Source of the DNA: Octopus vulgaris
Lineage: Eukaryota
NCBI GenBank assembly: GCA_951406725.2
Contig: OX597825.1
Location: 21,328,001 to 21,392,000 of the forward strand
DNA length: 64,000 nucleotides
Direction of reading: 5' to 3'
Shown here: positions 16,292 through 30,004 of the stretch, piece by piece
Position numbering within the stretch: position 1 is the first letter of the stretch
How the letters are laid out: each line of letters starts with the position of its first letter
Translations under genes and position numbers: made by a program
Notes under the pieces: generated by a model
What the model saw: the letters and a program-made list of their open reading frames with translations, nothing else
Database searches by the model: none
What the model was told of the DNA's origin: nothing

Positions 16292-16858
16292 TTGGGTTGT
16301 CCGGAAAGTTCGTGCCGATTTATAGTAGCTTACCTTTCGACTTATTTTAGAACATGGTTGAGTCCATAAAATAGGATTTGACTACACCTTCATTTAGAAC
16401 ATAGTTTAAGCTATCTTTTCGTGGAAGAAGGTTTTATGTTCCTATAACCTGTGTTAATTCTGTAACCCTTTAAAATGGAAGATAAGAAAGTTCCTTTTCG
16501 GTACTTGATGCTTTGGGAACCAGACAAAAATTGTTGCAGCTCGGCTGGGATGTGGTACCCCACCCTCCATATTCACCAGATATTGCTCCTTCGGATTTGC
16601 ACTTATTCAGGTCTCTGCAGAATAGTCTTAATGGTAAAAATTTCAATTCCTTGGATGACATAAAAAGATACATTGATGAATCCTTTGCCATGAAACCACC
16701 TCAGTTCTAGGAAGAGGGTATTTTCAAGTTAAAGGGAAAGATGGAGACGCATTGTGCAACAAAATGATCCATATTTGGTTGATTAAAAATGTAATGGCAA
16801 GTATTTATTGACCTTTTTCTTTCCTTTAAAATCGGCACGAACTATCTGGACAACCCAA
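16292..16858 (+). mobile_element. Internally deleted mariner (D,D34D) transposon
   Basis: TIRs TTGGGTTGTCCGGAAAGTTCGTGCCGATT / AATCGGCACGAACTATCTGGACAACCCAA and TA TSD at 16290-91 and 16859-60. The transposase N-terminus MEDKKVPFRY is joined to the C-terminal HPPYSPDIAPSDLHLFRSLQ motif. Confidence 0.95.
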
Positions 16859-17283
16859 TAGCAGTTTTAGAGCTGAGGGTTAACCGAATACATTGACCTC
16901 AGTGTTCAACTAGTATCTATTTTATCAACCACAAAATGATGAAAGACAAAGTCGACCTCAGTAAGTATGATTTGAACTCAGAACGTAAACATCAACAGTT
17001 CGATTAAGCATTTTGTCCGACGCTCTAACAATTCAGGCAATTCACTGCTCTGAGGCTAATCAACAATAATTCTTTCTACGACAGCAACAAAATTTGACAT
17101 TGTAAGGGAGGGGACTTATCGATAAAATAAGTACCAGTCGAATACTGGGGATTGGGGTCGTTGACCATTGTTGGAAGAATTATAGACAAGTACAAACATC
17201 TTCTAGAAATATAGATTAACCAATTTTACCTTTCATCTTTCTAGAGTCGATAAATAAAGTACCAGTCATGTACAAGTGTTGAC

Positions 17284-17314
<31 letters not shown>

Positions 17315-18589
17315 CTTCTTCTTCTTCTTCTTCTTCTTCTTCTTCTTCTTCTTCTTCTTCTTCTTCTTCTTCTTCTTCACACTCCCTCCTTCCCTGTCTC
17401 TCTTTCTCTCTCTCACTCTCACTGCCTCCCACACTTTCATCCTGGAAGACATCTGTTGTTTTCAAACCTGGAAAGCGATGGACTCCCACCAGGTTAAAAA
17501 TACGCGAGACAAACCGTATATCAGGATAGCTTCCACCTATGACTCTGTCAAGAAGTTAAGGACGTCAACCACCATCAAGCATCACACACACACACATACA
17601 GACACACACAGTGGTGGTTGATGGGAACCTCAACTATATATAATGGTGGTTCGATAATCAGAGATCGATAAGCTAAATATCAAACATAAAAATAAGTACT
17701 GGAGAGATGAAATAAACGCTTAAAACACTTAAAACTGGTGCCCTAGCATGGCCACAGCTAGTGACTGAAACAAATAAAAATTAAAACAGTAAAAAACTGG
17801 TGGTGCTCCAGCATGGCCATAAGTTTCGGGCTGAACCGTATAAAAGAATAAACGAATAACCAAACAGTATTCGCGTGGTGTGTACTTTACTGTACCTCTA
17901 TTCCAATATCACAGCAACCCGTTCATCTAAATACTAGTAGCCGAGTAAGGATTTTCGGTTGTCATGGAAATAAAAATGCAATTGGTCTCTGAATTCTATC
18001 AATTGACACGAATTTGTAGACAAGGCTCAAACATAACTCCACCCTTCCTCATCACCGTTTCGCAAACTTCAACTGTCCCCAAATAAATGATTTGCCGGCG
18101 AACGTTTCATGATAGTTAACTTGCTCGATGCTGAGTGACAGCTGGCCAGCCCGTTCCCTAATGACGGTTATACCGCCTTCACTTTCAAAAAAGGGGCCGA
18201 GTGCCTAATATAAAAGAATCAATTAAAGTTTATACATCCATCCAACCATCCAACCATACAAACGTACGTCTGTATGTGTGCGTGTTTGTGTAGAATCCCT
18301 TGCATTACGAGAGTAATGCGCCCATCAAAGGCCTGCCGTAACGCGAAATTAATATTCCCGTTGCTTTTCATGTTACAAAATGACAATTCGTTCCGGCGGA
18401 TATGTTCGAAAAAGCATAATCATCTTCATTCACAACTCTGCAAGAACGCCCCCCACCGCCATCAGAAAAAAAGAGAAAACACCACAGTCATTTATAGTTA
18501 TGAAAATAATTTCCAAATATACACTAATGTGTATATATATGTGTGTATGCGTGTGTGTATATATATATGTATTTATATATGTGTATATC

Positions 18590-18641
<52 letters not shown>

Positions 18642-19473
18642 ATATATGTGTATATATATATGTATATATATATATGTATATATATACACATATATATGTA
18701 TATATATACACATATATATATGTATATATATATGTATATATACATATGCATGTATATATATATGTATATATATATATATGCATATACATGTATGTATATA
18801 TATATATATGTATATATATATATGTATATATACATGTATATATATATATATATATTTATATATTTATATATATATATATGTATATATATGTATACATACG
18901 TATGTATATATGTATATATATGCATATATCAAAAGGATGTGTTATAATACTAGTCCACAGCCGTACCAACAATCCAACAAACTTCCATCATCAGCTGCCC
19001 CACGGATATCATTATGGTTTCGACAACTAGGCAGTACCATTCAAACCGGCGGTGTCAACAGCATTAAAATAAGTGCTGTTTGGGAACAACCAAACCAAAG
19101 AAACCACAACTTCCAAACACATTTACCCAATGTATAACCGTATCGATAAATTAATTCCATAAGTAAATTACAACCGCTCTTAAATACGTAACTAAACAGC
19201 GACAACTCTATTAAGTCATAAAAAATTATAATCCCTACCGTCTTGCGTAGTGTAATATAAAAGTAAAGCTTAATAACGACATTATTTCAATCAGTCAGTA
19301 TATAGGCAGGATTAAACACTAACATTACTAAAACTACAACAAGAGACATTTAATATATATATATATATAATAATAATAATAAATATTAGGGAATAAATCC
19401 AAACTTACAGGGAAAAATCAGATTTAGGATTGAATCCAATTTTATAGTAAAATATTATATTATATTATATTAA

Positions 19474-19637
19474 ATTAGAGATAAAACCACTATTAGGCAA
19501 ATCATACAATGAAAAACTTAAGCCAATACATAAGATTATTTAATTTTGTTATATATTTAAATAATATAAATTAAATAATCTTATGTATTGGCTAAGTTTT
19601 TCATTGTATGATTTGCCTAATAGTGGATTTATCTCTA

Positions 19638-19709
<72 letters not shown>

Positions 19710-20055
19710 TCAATATAGGGTGGCAAAAAATTTCGTAGAATTTATTTGCCACCAGCGGCCTAGTGGGAAAAAATTAAATAGTCATAGACCATTTATAAGT
19801 TCAACATCACAATCAAGGAATGGCCATAATAGGCCATTCACTCACTAGAAATAACAGCCAAAGCTTCAACCGCAAAATAACATTAATTCCGCAAACCAGG
19901 AGAAAATTTTAAAAAATTAAAAAAATTAAAAAAGAAATTACAGGGTAAATGTTTTTTTAATTTTCTCCTGGTTTGCGGAATTATGTTATTTTGCGGTTGA
20001 AGCTTTTGTTATTTCTAGTGTGGTGAATGGCCTATTATGGCCATTCCTTGATTGT

Positions 20056-20093
<38 letters not shown>

Positions 20094-20306
20094 TATACAT
20101 AACAATTGCAGCGTGGAAGGTGTTTATAAGCCATTTAAGAAACACACAAAAACCATTAGATTGACTTCAACATTTAAATTTAATTTGTCAAAATATTTTC
20201 GTCGCTTTGAGACCGCGGACAAATTAAATCTAAATGTTGAAGTGAATCTAACGGTTTTTGTGTGTTTCTTAAATCACTTATAAACACCTTCCACGCTGCA
20301 ACTGTT
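19474..20306. repeat. Cluster of three unrelated fold-back inverted repeats (19474-19639, 19806-20058, 20101-20306) separated by (TA)n
   Basis: Reverse-complement arms of roughly 70-100 bp read directly. The third belongs to the family seen at 48520-48815. Confidence 0.85.
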
Positions 20307-20425
20307 TTCATTCCAGCACACGATCTCAGATCAAATCACTCGCTATGCAAGTGCATACGATCTCAGATCAAGTCACTCGCTATGCAAGTGCATCTCCGTA
20401 ATATACATACATATATATATATATA

Positions 20426-20489
<64 letters not shown>

Positions 20490-20599
20490 CAGTAAAATGT
20501 TTGAAGCGGAATGCATTAAGGAATAAATAAGAATCGTAATATTGTAGAAAGGTACGTACTTACAAAAAACTCTTTACTGTCTGAAGTGTAGTGATGACA

Positions 20600-21020
20600 T
20601 GAAAGTTACTGAAAGGAAGAAGAACAATATCTTATATCTTACAGTCCATCATTATCAACATCTATCCGAAGGACGAAGAACATGTCCAAACTTGTTTGAT
20701 GTTTAGGGCGAATCATTTCCTTGTATAGCTCCGAGTGCAAAACTGAAACGATTTTACTCACTAGCAATATTCTTTGCAGTCAACTTACTTGATGTTGTTG
20801 GAATTTCTGCATTTTTTATCCGAAATCGCCAGCCTGCTTTTATTCAACAACCCCTCGTTAGATAAACTGTCTTAATGAGGTACCAAAAACTTAACCACAT
20901 AATCATATATGACTTTTTGAAACACTACATCATTTTCAAGGGCCACAATATGTTTTGAATTTCTTTCTGCTTGTGGAAAACTTGTAGAGTCAGGAACACA
21001 GCGTGGCCATATATTTTTTA
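20600..21020 (-). pseudogene. Possible pogo/Tigger transposase C-terminal remnant
   Basis: Degenerate peptides KNIWPRCV and YKEMIRPKHQTSLDMFF resemble the Tigger WxxLWP and KQTSLDxFF motifs. Confidence 0.3.
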
Positions 21021-21300
21021 TTCCTGCACACGCCTGGGTTTCAAGGGCCAACAGCTTTTTAATATTCTCCCGAAGAGTCCGAGGAACTTGCACAAAGTAG
21101 ATGTAGGTGTTTATAAATCAAAGCTGGACCTCTTCCTGTCGAGATTCCGAAATGAGTGCAAATGAGGGTAGCTATATCTAACTCCATGCTTCACCAAGTG
21201 CCACATATTAGAGGAGGCTCTTAGTAATAACAGTGTAGCAAAACGGCGGTGCATCAACATGGCCGCAGCTCTGAGCTGAAACTAGAGAGAGAAAAAAGAA
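21020..21300 (+). mobile_element. LINE 3' end (CR1/I-group-like ORF2 C-terminus plus 3' tail)
   Basis: Peptide LGFKGQQLFNILPKSPRNL..YKSKLDLFLS, followed by the tail GGCGGTGCATCAACATGGCCGCAGCTCTGAGCTGAAAC. Confidence 0.7.
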
Positions 21301-22815
21301 CAAGAGCCGTTCCAGTTTAAGCTTCACATTACACTTTTCAAAAACAGTTCCTGTCAGTTGACGGAGACACTTCTGGAGGTATTGAGTTAATATTCTGTCT
21401 GTTGTTCTCACTGTAGACGTTGCAAACTTTTATGTTTTAGCAATGTCGCTGACTTTTCTTATCTCGTATCAAACCTTTTTAAAATATCAAGTTTAATATT
21501 CCCTGTAATCCTTTTGCTGTTTCTTTCCCCCACCACAACTTTCAGTTCCACTTGATGGCTTACTTGCAGACATCTACAACTGTAGGCATATCCAATAGCG
21601 GCGGCGATCAATAATTTTCTACAACAGATATGTAGCAAACGTAACACCAACTATTTTTTGAGAATAAAACATTATTTTCTTATTCCCATCTATGTAAGAA
21701 GGGAAATGAGGAGAGGAAGGAGTGAAAGTGGGAGGTAGGTGGAAGTACTGCATGATTATAATTGAATATATATATATATATATATCAGGTTCAAGGGCAC
21801 TACTCTCCTTGTACCTCTCATTTGAAACATAAAGAGTTGCACACTCTACTCACTCCATGCTGCGTTGACATACAGAATAGGTAGCTACAGGCATTATTAT
21901 CATACTGAAACTATTATCATTGTTGCCAGATGATCATTCACAAGTTGGAGTGGGGACTAGTGGTAGTGTTCAGTGTATTGGTCTTGATGTCGGCGATGAT
22001 ACCGATGGCGATGATGGAGGTATTGTTGTTGTTGGCAGTGGTCATATTCTTCTGCTAATTCTATTGTTGCAGTTGTTTAGTTTCAAGACAGATCTTATTG
22101 ACCCAAATTCAAAGACTTTACATTCCCCATTAAAGATACACCAGGGTTCCACATTATCTCCTGAAATTGTTTTCTGTTATTTCAGATGAAGTTGGTTTTA
22201 TTGTCTATATTATTGTTGCTGTTCTTGTTGGTCAATGAGAAGTGATGAGTTGATAATGGCATTAATTGTATTGGATTTAGTATAAATGGTCCTCGTGTTG
22301 GTGCTGATGATAGCGGTGACGGTGAGAGTTTATATGCATATGAAAATTGGCTGACGACTAGCATCACGCCAGAATCAAATTATTTTCATCCATGTATGTA
22401 TATATATAAGCATTAATAACAATTAATAAAAGGAACAAATGTCCTTCAAGCATACATATATAGTTTTGTGTGTATGTATATATACGTGTATATATTAGTA
22501 TCTATGAATACATACATATATATATATATCGTTGCTATTATGTTAAATTGTTGTATGTCCATATTTGGCCGAATTCGTTTTTTTACAATATTTATTTTTG
22601 CTTGCAATAGCTGGTTCTTTTGGTCAAACTAACGTATCTCCAGTTGTTTCAAATACCAAGATATCAAAAATTGTCAAACGGGTTTGCAATGGAATGGCGA
22701 AACAATTTTTCTGTTTCCAGAAAAAGCAACGTTTTGGACACTTTTGCACCGAGTGTGTATCGTTGGAGATTTTTTCCCCTCCGTCTTCCCTTCCTTCGAT
22801 CTTTCCTTTTCTTAT

Positions 22816-22850
22816 GTTTCTGACGAAGAGCTCCGCTCGAAACGTTAAAT
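22816..22850 (+). ncRNA. Minimal type I hammerhead motif with a loopless palindromic stem III
   Basis: GUUU-CUGACGA-A-GAGC-ucc-GCUC-GAAAC-GUU-AAAU. Confidence 0.6.
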
Positions 22851-22949
22851 CCTCCTTCTTTCTTTCCTTTCCTGAGTGTCCTATAACACTATAATTGTTC
22901 CACGTCCTCGCACTGATGTGTTTTCTCTTTGTGTTTTCATGTTTGGATA

Positions 22950-23103
<154 letters not shown>

Positions 23104-23113
23104 TATATATATA

Positions 23114-23217
<104 letters not shown>

Positions 23218-23321
23218 CATACATATATATACATATATATATGTATATATATATACATATATATATACACATATATATATATATACATATATATACACAT
23301 ATATATGTGTGTGTATATATG

Positions 23322-23353
<32 letters not shown>

Positions 23354-23399
23354 TATATACACACACACATATATATATATATATGTATATATAGATATG

Positions 23400-23431
<32 letters not shown>

Positions 23432-23438
23432 TATATAT

Positions 23439-23515
<77 letters not shown>

Positions 23516-24242
23516 GCATCCGTCCATCAATACATGCTCACATGTATGTATGTATGTATGTATGTATTTGTTCAAAGTCACCTCAGCAACGTTGGAGTTG
23601 ATTATGGTAATAAGCCGAAACGCGATCCATATTTAGTTCTGTGTGTGTGTGTATTTTTCCCCGCTACCCCCACGTCATTATTTACCGTTAATTTGAGAAA
23701 GTTTTATTTAAAGTTGTTGAGAAATTTTTTTAAATGTTCGCCGACGAGAAAAGCAGCATGTTCGACATCTATATCAGGTTTACCAAGAACCTCTAAGTGA
23801 AAACAAAGCTGTTTTAATAAGAGAAAATAGAATGTCGGAGCGCTAAGAGAAAAGAAAATAATGGCGAATAATGGGATGTTTTTGTGTTACAAAAGGAAAG
23901 TAAAGACAATTTCTTACGTACAAACATGCTTACGTATGCACATACGTATTTACATGCATGCATACATGCTCACGTATATATACGCCTACATACTTACGTA
24001 CATACACACATATTTACATACATACATTCATACATACTTACGCACATACATATATACATTCATACATACATAGATACATACATACATACATACATACTTA
24101 CGTACATACATACATATTTACGTCCATACTTACGTACATACTTACGTACGTACCTACAAACCTACGTACGTACATACTTACGTACATACATTCATATATA
24201 CTTAAATACATACATACATACATACATACATACATACATACA

Positions 24243-24273
<31 letters not shown>

Positions 24274-25290
24274 GGGAGAAGGCATGGTTGCTGTGGCTAA
24301 GAACTGGTTTGAAGTTTGCTTTCCAAACACATGGTGCCGGGTTCATTCCCACTGCGTGGAACCTTGGGCAAGTGTTTTCTTTCATAACCTCGGACAGATC
24401 AAAGCCCGGTGAGTGGATTTGGTAGACGGAAACTGAAATATATGTAAAGAATATATATTCTTTTATTGTTTTATTTGTTTCAGTCATTTCACTGCGGCCA
24501 TGCTGGAGCAACGCCTTGAAGGGTTTTAGTCGAACAAATTGATCCCAAGACTCATTTTCTTAAGCCTAGTATCTTCCACCGCTTTACAGCCGGTGTTGGC
24601 TTGTTTACGTCCCTGTAACTTAGCGGCTTGGCAAAAGAAACCGATAGAATAAATATCAAGCTTTATAAAAATAGTACCAGGGTAGATTTGTTCGACTAAA
24701 CTCTTTAGGATATTAGCAGTATCTTCAAATGTTTAAGTTGCAACCGAGTTTGTCTTTATATTTGTATTAATAACATACCCACGCCAACCGAAAGATTATG
24801 GGCCTTCAATCATGGAGTTAATGTTTTCTTTCTGTTGATGATCTGAAGAGTGACATATTTATCCTTTTCTGTTCAATTGCATTAATAAGCATTTTATTTT
24901 TTTGAAACTATAGAATCAAATGCGAATGTGTATGAAATATTAATGAATGATATAGATGGAAAATGCATAAAAACAAAAAAACGTTTTCAAAACAGTCAAT
25001 ATTTTGTAGTTCAAAGAATTGCGTTTTATGACATAAAATGTCCTCAAGAATTAGCCAGAGCTAATTACGACTAACTTTAACTACTAAATATTGTTAAAAA
25101 CACCCCTGAAAATGCAATTCACGTAAGTAATTCCCTTTAAATACAAAGAACAGCCGGCAGCGAGATTGTTTTCAGCAGATCCCCAAATGAGGCTCATGGC
25201 AGGCAAAGGGTTAATTTCATAATGTTGCCACTCTCAGCGATGAATTATGATCAGTCCGATGTAGCTAACCTTATTGAGCTTCAGGAACGG

Positions 25291-25300
25291 AGCCAATCAG
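25291..25300 (+). promoter_or_regulatory. Consensus CCAAT (NF-Y) box in a unique-sequence island
   Basis: AGCCAATCAG, followed by CpG-containing non-repetitive sequence. Confidence 0.3.
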
Positions 25301-25822
25301 AGTTAGGTTCTCTTAAACACTGATAGGGGTGCCAGTTGCTGGTTTCACATTTCGTGCCGCGCTCCCCTACTGCGGACGCATCTGCTCTCATTTTTACAGT
25401 TGATGCTTTTATTGTTGTGTCAGCAATCTGCATCATAAATCGTAGAGAAGTATATGTACACATGCAAACTTGCACACACATACACACACACATGAACGTG
25501 CGTACACGCGTCTGCATACACATATACTAACACACACACACACACACACGGACACACACACTCGCGCGTGCTAATAAATACATGTATACATACATAAATA
25601 TACACCGTTATACATTAGCGTGTATGTACGAACAATCCAAATTTGAGAATTTCAAAAAAAAAAAAAAAAGAATCAATCTTGGAGTTGTTTCTCTGAATGC
25701 CTATCTTACACTCTTCCTATCTCTCTCTGTATCTCTCTTTTCCTCTCTGTCTGTCTGTCTGTATCTATCTATCTACATGCATGCAATAGTTCCCTCTATG
25801 TATCTTTGTTTCTCTTTTTCTT

Positions 25823-25875
<53 letters not shown>

Positions 25876-26024
25876 GCTTATATATATAATTATATATATA
25901 TTTATATATATATGTATATATGTATATATATATATGCTTATATATATATGTATATATGTATATATATATGTATATATATATGTATATATATATGTATATA
26001 TATATGGTTATATATATGTATATA

Positions 26025-26073
<49 letters not shown>

Positions 26074-26260
26074 GCTTATAAATATGTATATGTATGCATA
26101 TATATATAGATACATGTACATATATATAAGTATATATATGCATATTTATATATGTGTATATATATATGTGTATATATATATATGTATAAATATATATATG
26201 TATATATATGTATATGTGTGTGTATTTATATATATCTATATATACAGACTCAGACACACG

Positions 26261-26304
<44 letters not shown>

Positions 26305-26386
26305 CATACACACATATATAGTTTGTGTGTGTGTGGTGTGCCTGAACAGATATCTGTATTAGTACTCACACACACCGACACACAGC

Positions 26387-26422
<36 letters not shown>

Positions 26423-26975
26423 TACACACTATTTTCCTTCGCTCTCCTATCTTAAATTACCATCGTAACCCAATGTAACAGGTGTAGGCATTTTATAAAG
26501 TTCCACCAAAAGTTTTGCTGATAAGCTATTTTAACTTCGGTCCACATGCCAATCTCTGCAGGATTCCATCAAGATTTCGCGTTTTTGTTTTCTTCTCCCT
26601 GTTCATCTATTCTCTCCGCCCCCTTCTCCACTGTTATCATTTTCAGCGATATTTTTGTGTGTAAAGTTTAAGCTGAGAATCGATAATTTTGCTAAATATT
26701 CAAAACTAATCTCATTTGCAAAAATAATAATAATAATAATAAAATATTGGAAAAATACAAAAAATTATAATAATATAAAGAATTAATAGCGTTAAAAAAT
26801 GAAGGAAAACATTATACCATACGATGAAATATACATGTGATAAATGCATAAAAATGTGCACAGGAAAATGCGGAAAGAAACGAAAGATACACAGACACAC
26901 TCACACACACACACGCACACACATACATATCTATGTATGTACATATTTATGTATGTATGTATGTATGTATGTATG

Positions 26976-27013
<38 letters not shown>

Positions 27014-27376
27014 TATATGTACATGCATACGAATATACACATACGTGTATATGTGTGCACATATGCATATATGGGTGAATACGTGTGTGTGTGTGTGTCT
27101 GTGCGTGTCTGTGTGCTTATATATATTTATATATATACATGTTTATATATATGTATATATATATACATGTTTATATATATGTATATATATACGTGTGTGT
27201 GTTTATATATGTTTAGATATATGCATGTTTATATATATGTATATATACATGTGCGTGTGCATGTGTTTATATATATGTATACAGATATATATGTTTATAT
27301 GTATATATATATATATATATTTCTTTATATATATGAATACATGCATACACGCCGCTCGCGCACACACACACACAAG

Positions 27377-27464
<88 letters not shown>

Positions 27465-28487
27465 AATTTTATCTACAAGTAAATCCGGGAATATCAGCAA
27501 TTGTAAATGTTTACCTCAGCGAAATGATTTTTAAACATGATTAATTAATTTCAAACAATAACAACTCAGCAGCGGTACGATGTCCTCCCGATGCTATATT
27601 GTTATAATTACACGTGGGGGGGGGGGGATCTCGGTCACTGTCGACGATGCTATAATCAGTAACCTGAGTTATCTACTCACTGAGTCAGGTTGTGTGGAAT
27701 ACTCAGATATTTACGCAGTGTATTCCACACAACCAAACTGACACTCCGTCGGTTACGATCTACGTAACAGTCTACTCTCTAAATAATCGTGAAAGTCATT
27801 GAGTATTCCACAGACACATCTACCCTAAACGTAGTTCTCAGAGATATTCATTGTGACACAGAATGTGGCAAGGCTGGTTCAACTCATTTCTGCCAGCTGA
27901 GTGGTCACTGAATGGTCACTGAGTGAGCAACGTGAAATGAAGCATTGTGCTCAAGAACACAACGTGTCGTCCGGTCCGGGAATCGAAACCAGAATCTTAC
28001 ACTCATGAGCCCAACACCCTAACTATTAAGCCACCTGCCTCCACTATGCTTTGAGAGTGAATTTAGTAAGCGAAAACTGTGTGAAACCCGTTATGTTTCT
28101 GTATGTGTGTTTGTATTTATCACTCACCCACCACCGCTTGATAATCGGTGTTGGTGTGGTTACGTCCCCGTAAATTAACGGTTCGGTAAAAAAAGAGATG
28201 GATAGAATAAGTACTAGACATAAAACGGAAAGTACTGGGATTGATTCGTTCGACTAAAGCCCTTCAAGTCGGTGGTCTAGCATGGCCGCAGTCCAATGAC
28301 TGAAACAAACAAAAGTCAGAGGATTGATTATAAACAAGGTAAATAACAACGACTTGGTTATAATCATCAGGGGATATGAACATACCTGTCCAGACCGAGA
28401 GGGAAATCAACAGAGGGAAACATTCCAGATTAAATAATATGAAAAAATGGAACAAAAATACCGGCAAGCAGATTAGTATATCTAGAT

Positions 28488-29142
28488 CAGGCATGTGCCG
28501 TCAGTAATTACTCAGGGTAGGCAGTTGGTGATCTTTATGTAGTAAAACGCACAAAAAATAAGCGAAACATAGAGGCGCGACTGAGTTGAAGGCGGATTTA
28601 TTTCTTATTTCTTTATTGTCCACAAGGGGCTAAACATAGAGAGGACAAATAAGGACAAAAGGATTAAGTCGATTAGATCGACCCCAGTGCGTAACTGGTG
28701 CTTAATTTATCGACCCCGAAAGGATGAAATGCAAAGTTGACTCCGGCGGAATTCGAACTCAGAACGTAACGGCAGACGAAATAACGCTAAGCATTTCACC
28801 CGTCGTGCTAACGTTTCTACCAGCTCGCCGCCTTTTAGGCAGATTTACTTCTGTCTTTCTAGAACGTAAAGAAAACGTTTTTGTAGAACTGTACGCAGCA
28901 CGTGTACTACAGCAGTACTATGCGTAGCTTAAATACTGAGATTGAAAAAAGCAGAAGCGAACTATGCTTACCTGATCTACAAAAGAATAAAATATTTTGC
29001 ATTTTATGCATAGTAATCAGAATAAGATTCATAACTTTATTGTATTAGTGCATATTTTGCCATAATAGCAAAATGGTGCTATCGATCCTTTTTATTCAAG
29101 GCAGGCACTGCCTACCTTGCCTATCTAGGCGGCACGTCCTTG
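28488..29142. mobile_element. Non-autonomous hAT (Charlie-like) element with a nested SINE B (about 28601-28836, -)
   Basis: Imperfect TIRs CAGGCATGTGCCG / CGGCACGTCCTTG and 8-bp TSD ATCTAGAT / ATCTAGTT (NTCTAGAN type). The nested SINE is flanked by AGGCGGATTTA / AGGCAGATTTA. Confidence 0.7.
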
Positions 29143-29380
29143 ATCTAGTTCCTTTCTGATTGAAACTGTTTTGCTCCATCGACCGGCTTCGTACAAGACA
29201 AATTTTCCACAGACCGGGGGTTCACGCGCATAATAAAACACAATAAAGTGCATAAGGCGCTTCCCAACCACATGATTTCCGGTTCAGTCCCACCTTGGGT
29301 AAGTGTTCTCTGCTATAGCTTCGTGCCGACCAAAGCTTTGCGAGTAGATCTGGTAAACGGAAACTGGAAGAAGCCCGTCG

Positions 29381-29434
<54 letters not shown>

Positions 29435-29470
29435 TGTGTGTGTGAGTGTGTGCATTTATGTGCTGCGTAT

Positions 29471-29528
29471 ATTCCACTGATGAGGCAAAGCATTTCTTAT
29501 GCAAAGTCAGAAATCCGGGATCTGGAAT
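29471..29528 (+). ncRNA. Type I hammerhead ribozyme motif with canonical core
   Basis: AUUCCA-CUGAUGA-GGC...GUC-A-GAAA-UCCgGGA-UC-UGGAAU; predicted cleavage after C29522. Confidence 0.72.
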
Positions 29529-29864
29529 TATCCATTGATTTTTTTTTTGCTAGTTTATTTTCTCTTTTTGTCTTCTCTCCTGGTATGTATGAACATTTAA
29601 TGTGGTTTTAGAATCAAATTTTGGCTGTTATTTCAAGCGTGGTGGTATCTCTTACATGCCCTAAATTATAATTTTAATAATAATTATTACCTTTGAAGGT
29701 TTTTATTCCCACGCTAGCCACTCGATAAGTTCGATATTTAAATAACGATCTTATCCTTATTTATATAAATTTATATATATATATATATATATGAAAGAAG
29801 AAAACCACCTTTTATCAATTTAATAATGAAAAATTAAATTTTCCATCTAGAAAATTACATATTA

Positions 29865-29901
<37 letters not shown>

Positions 29902-29910
29902 CATATTATT

Positions 29911-30004
<94 letters not shown>

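Noticed and set aside
17958-17971. RFX X-box-like GTTGTCATGGAAAT
   Set aside because: A single imperfect match with no linked gene; expected by chance.
22186-22250. Acceptor TTTCAG followed by MKLVLLSILLLLFLL or a transmembrane-like frame
   Set aside because: Both frames stop within 20 codons, and the hydrophobicity comes from low-complexity GTT/ATT sequence.
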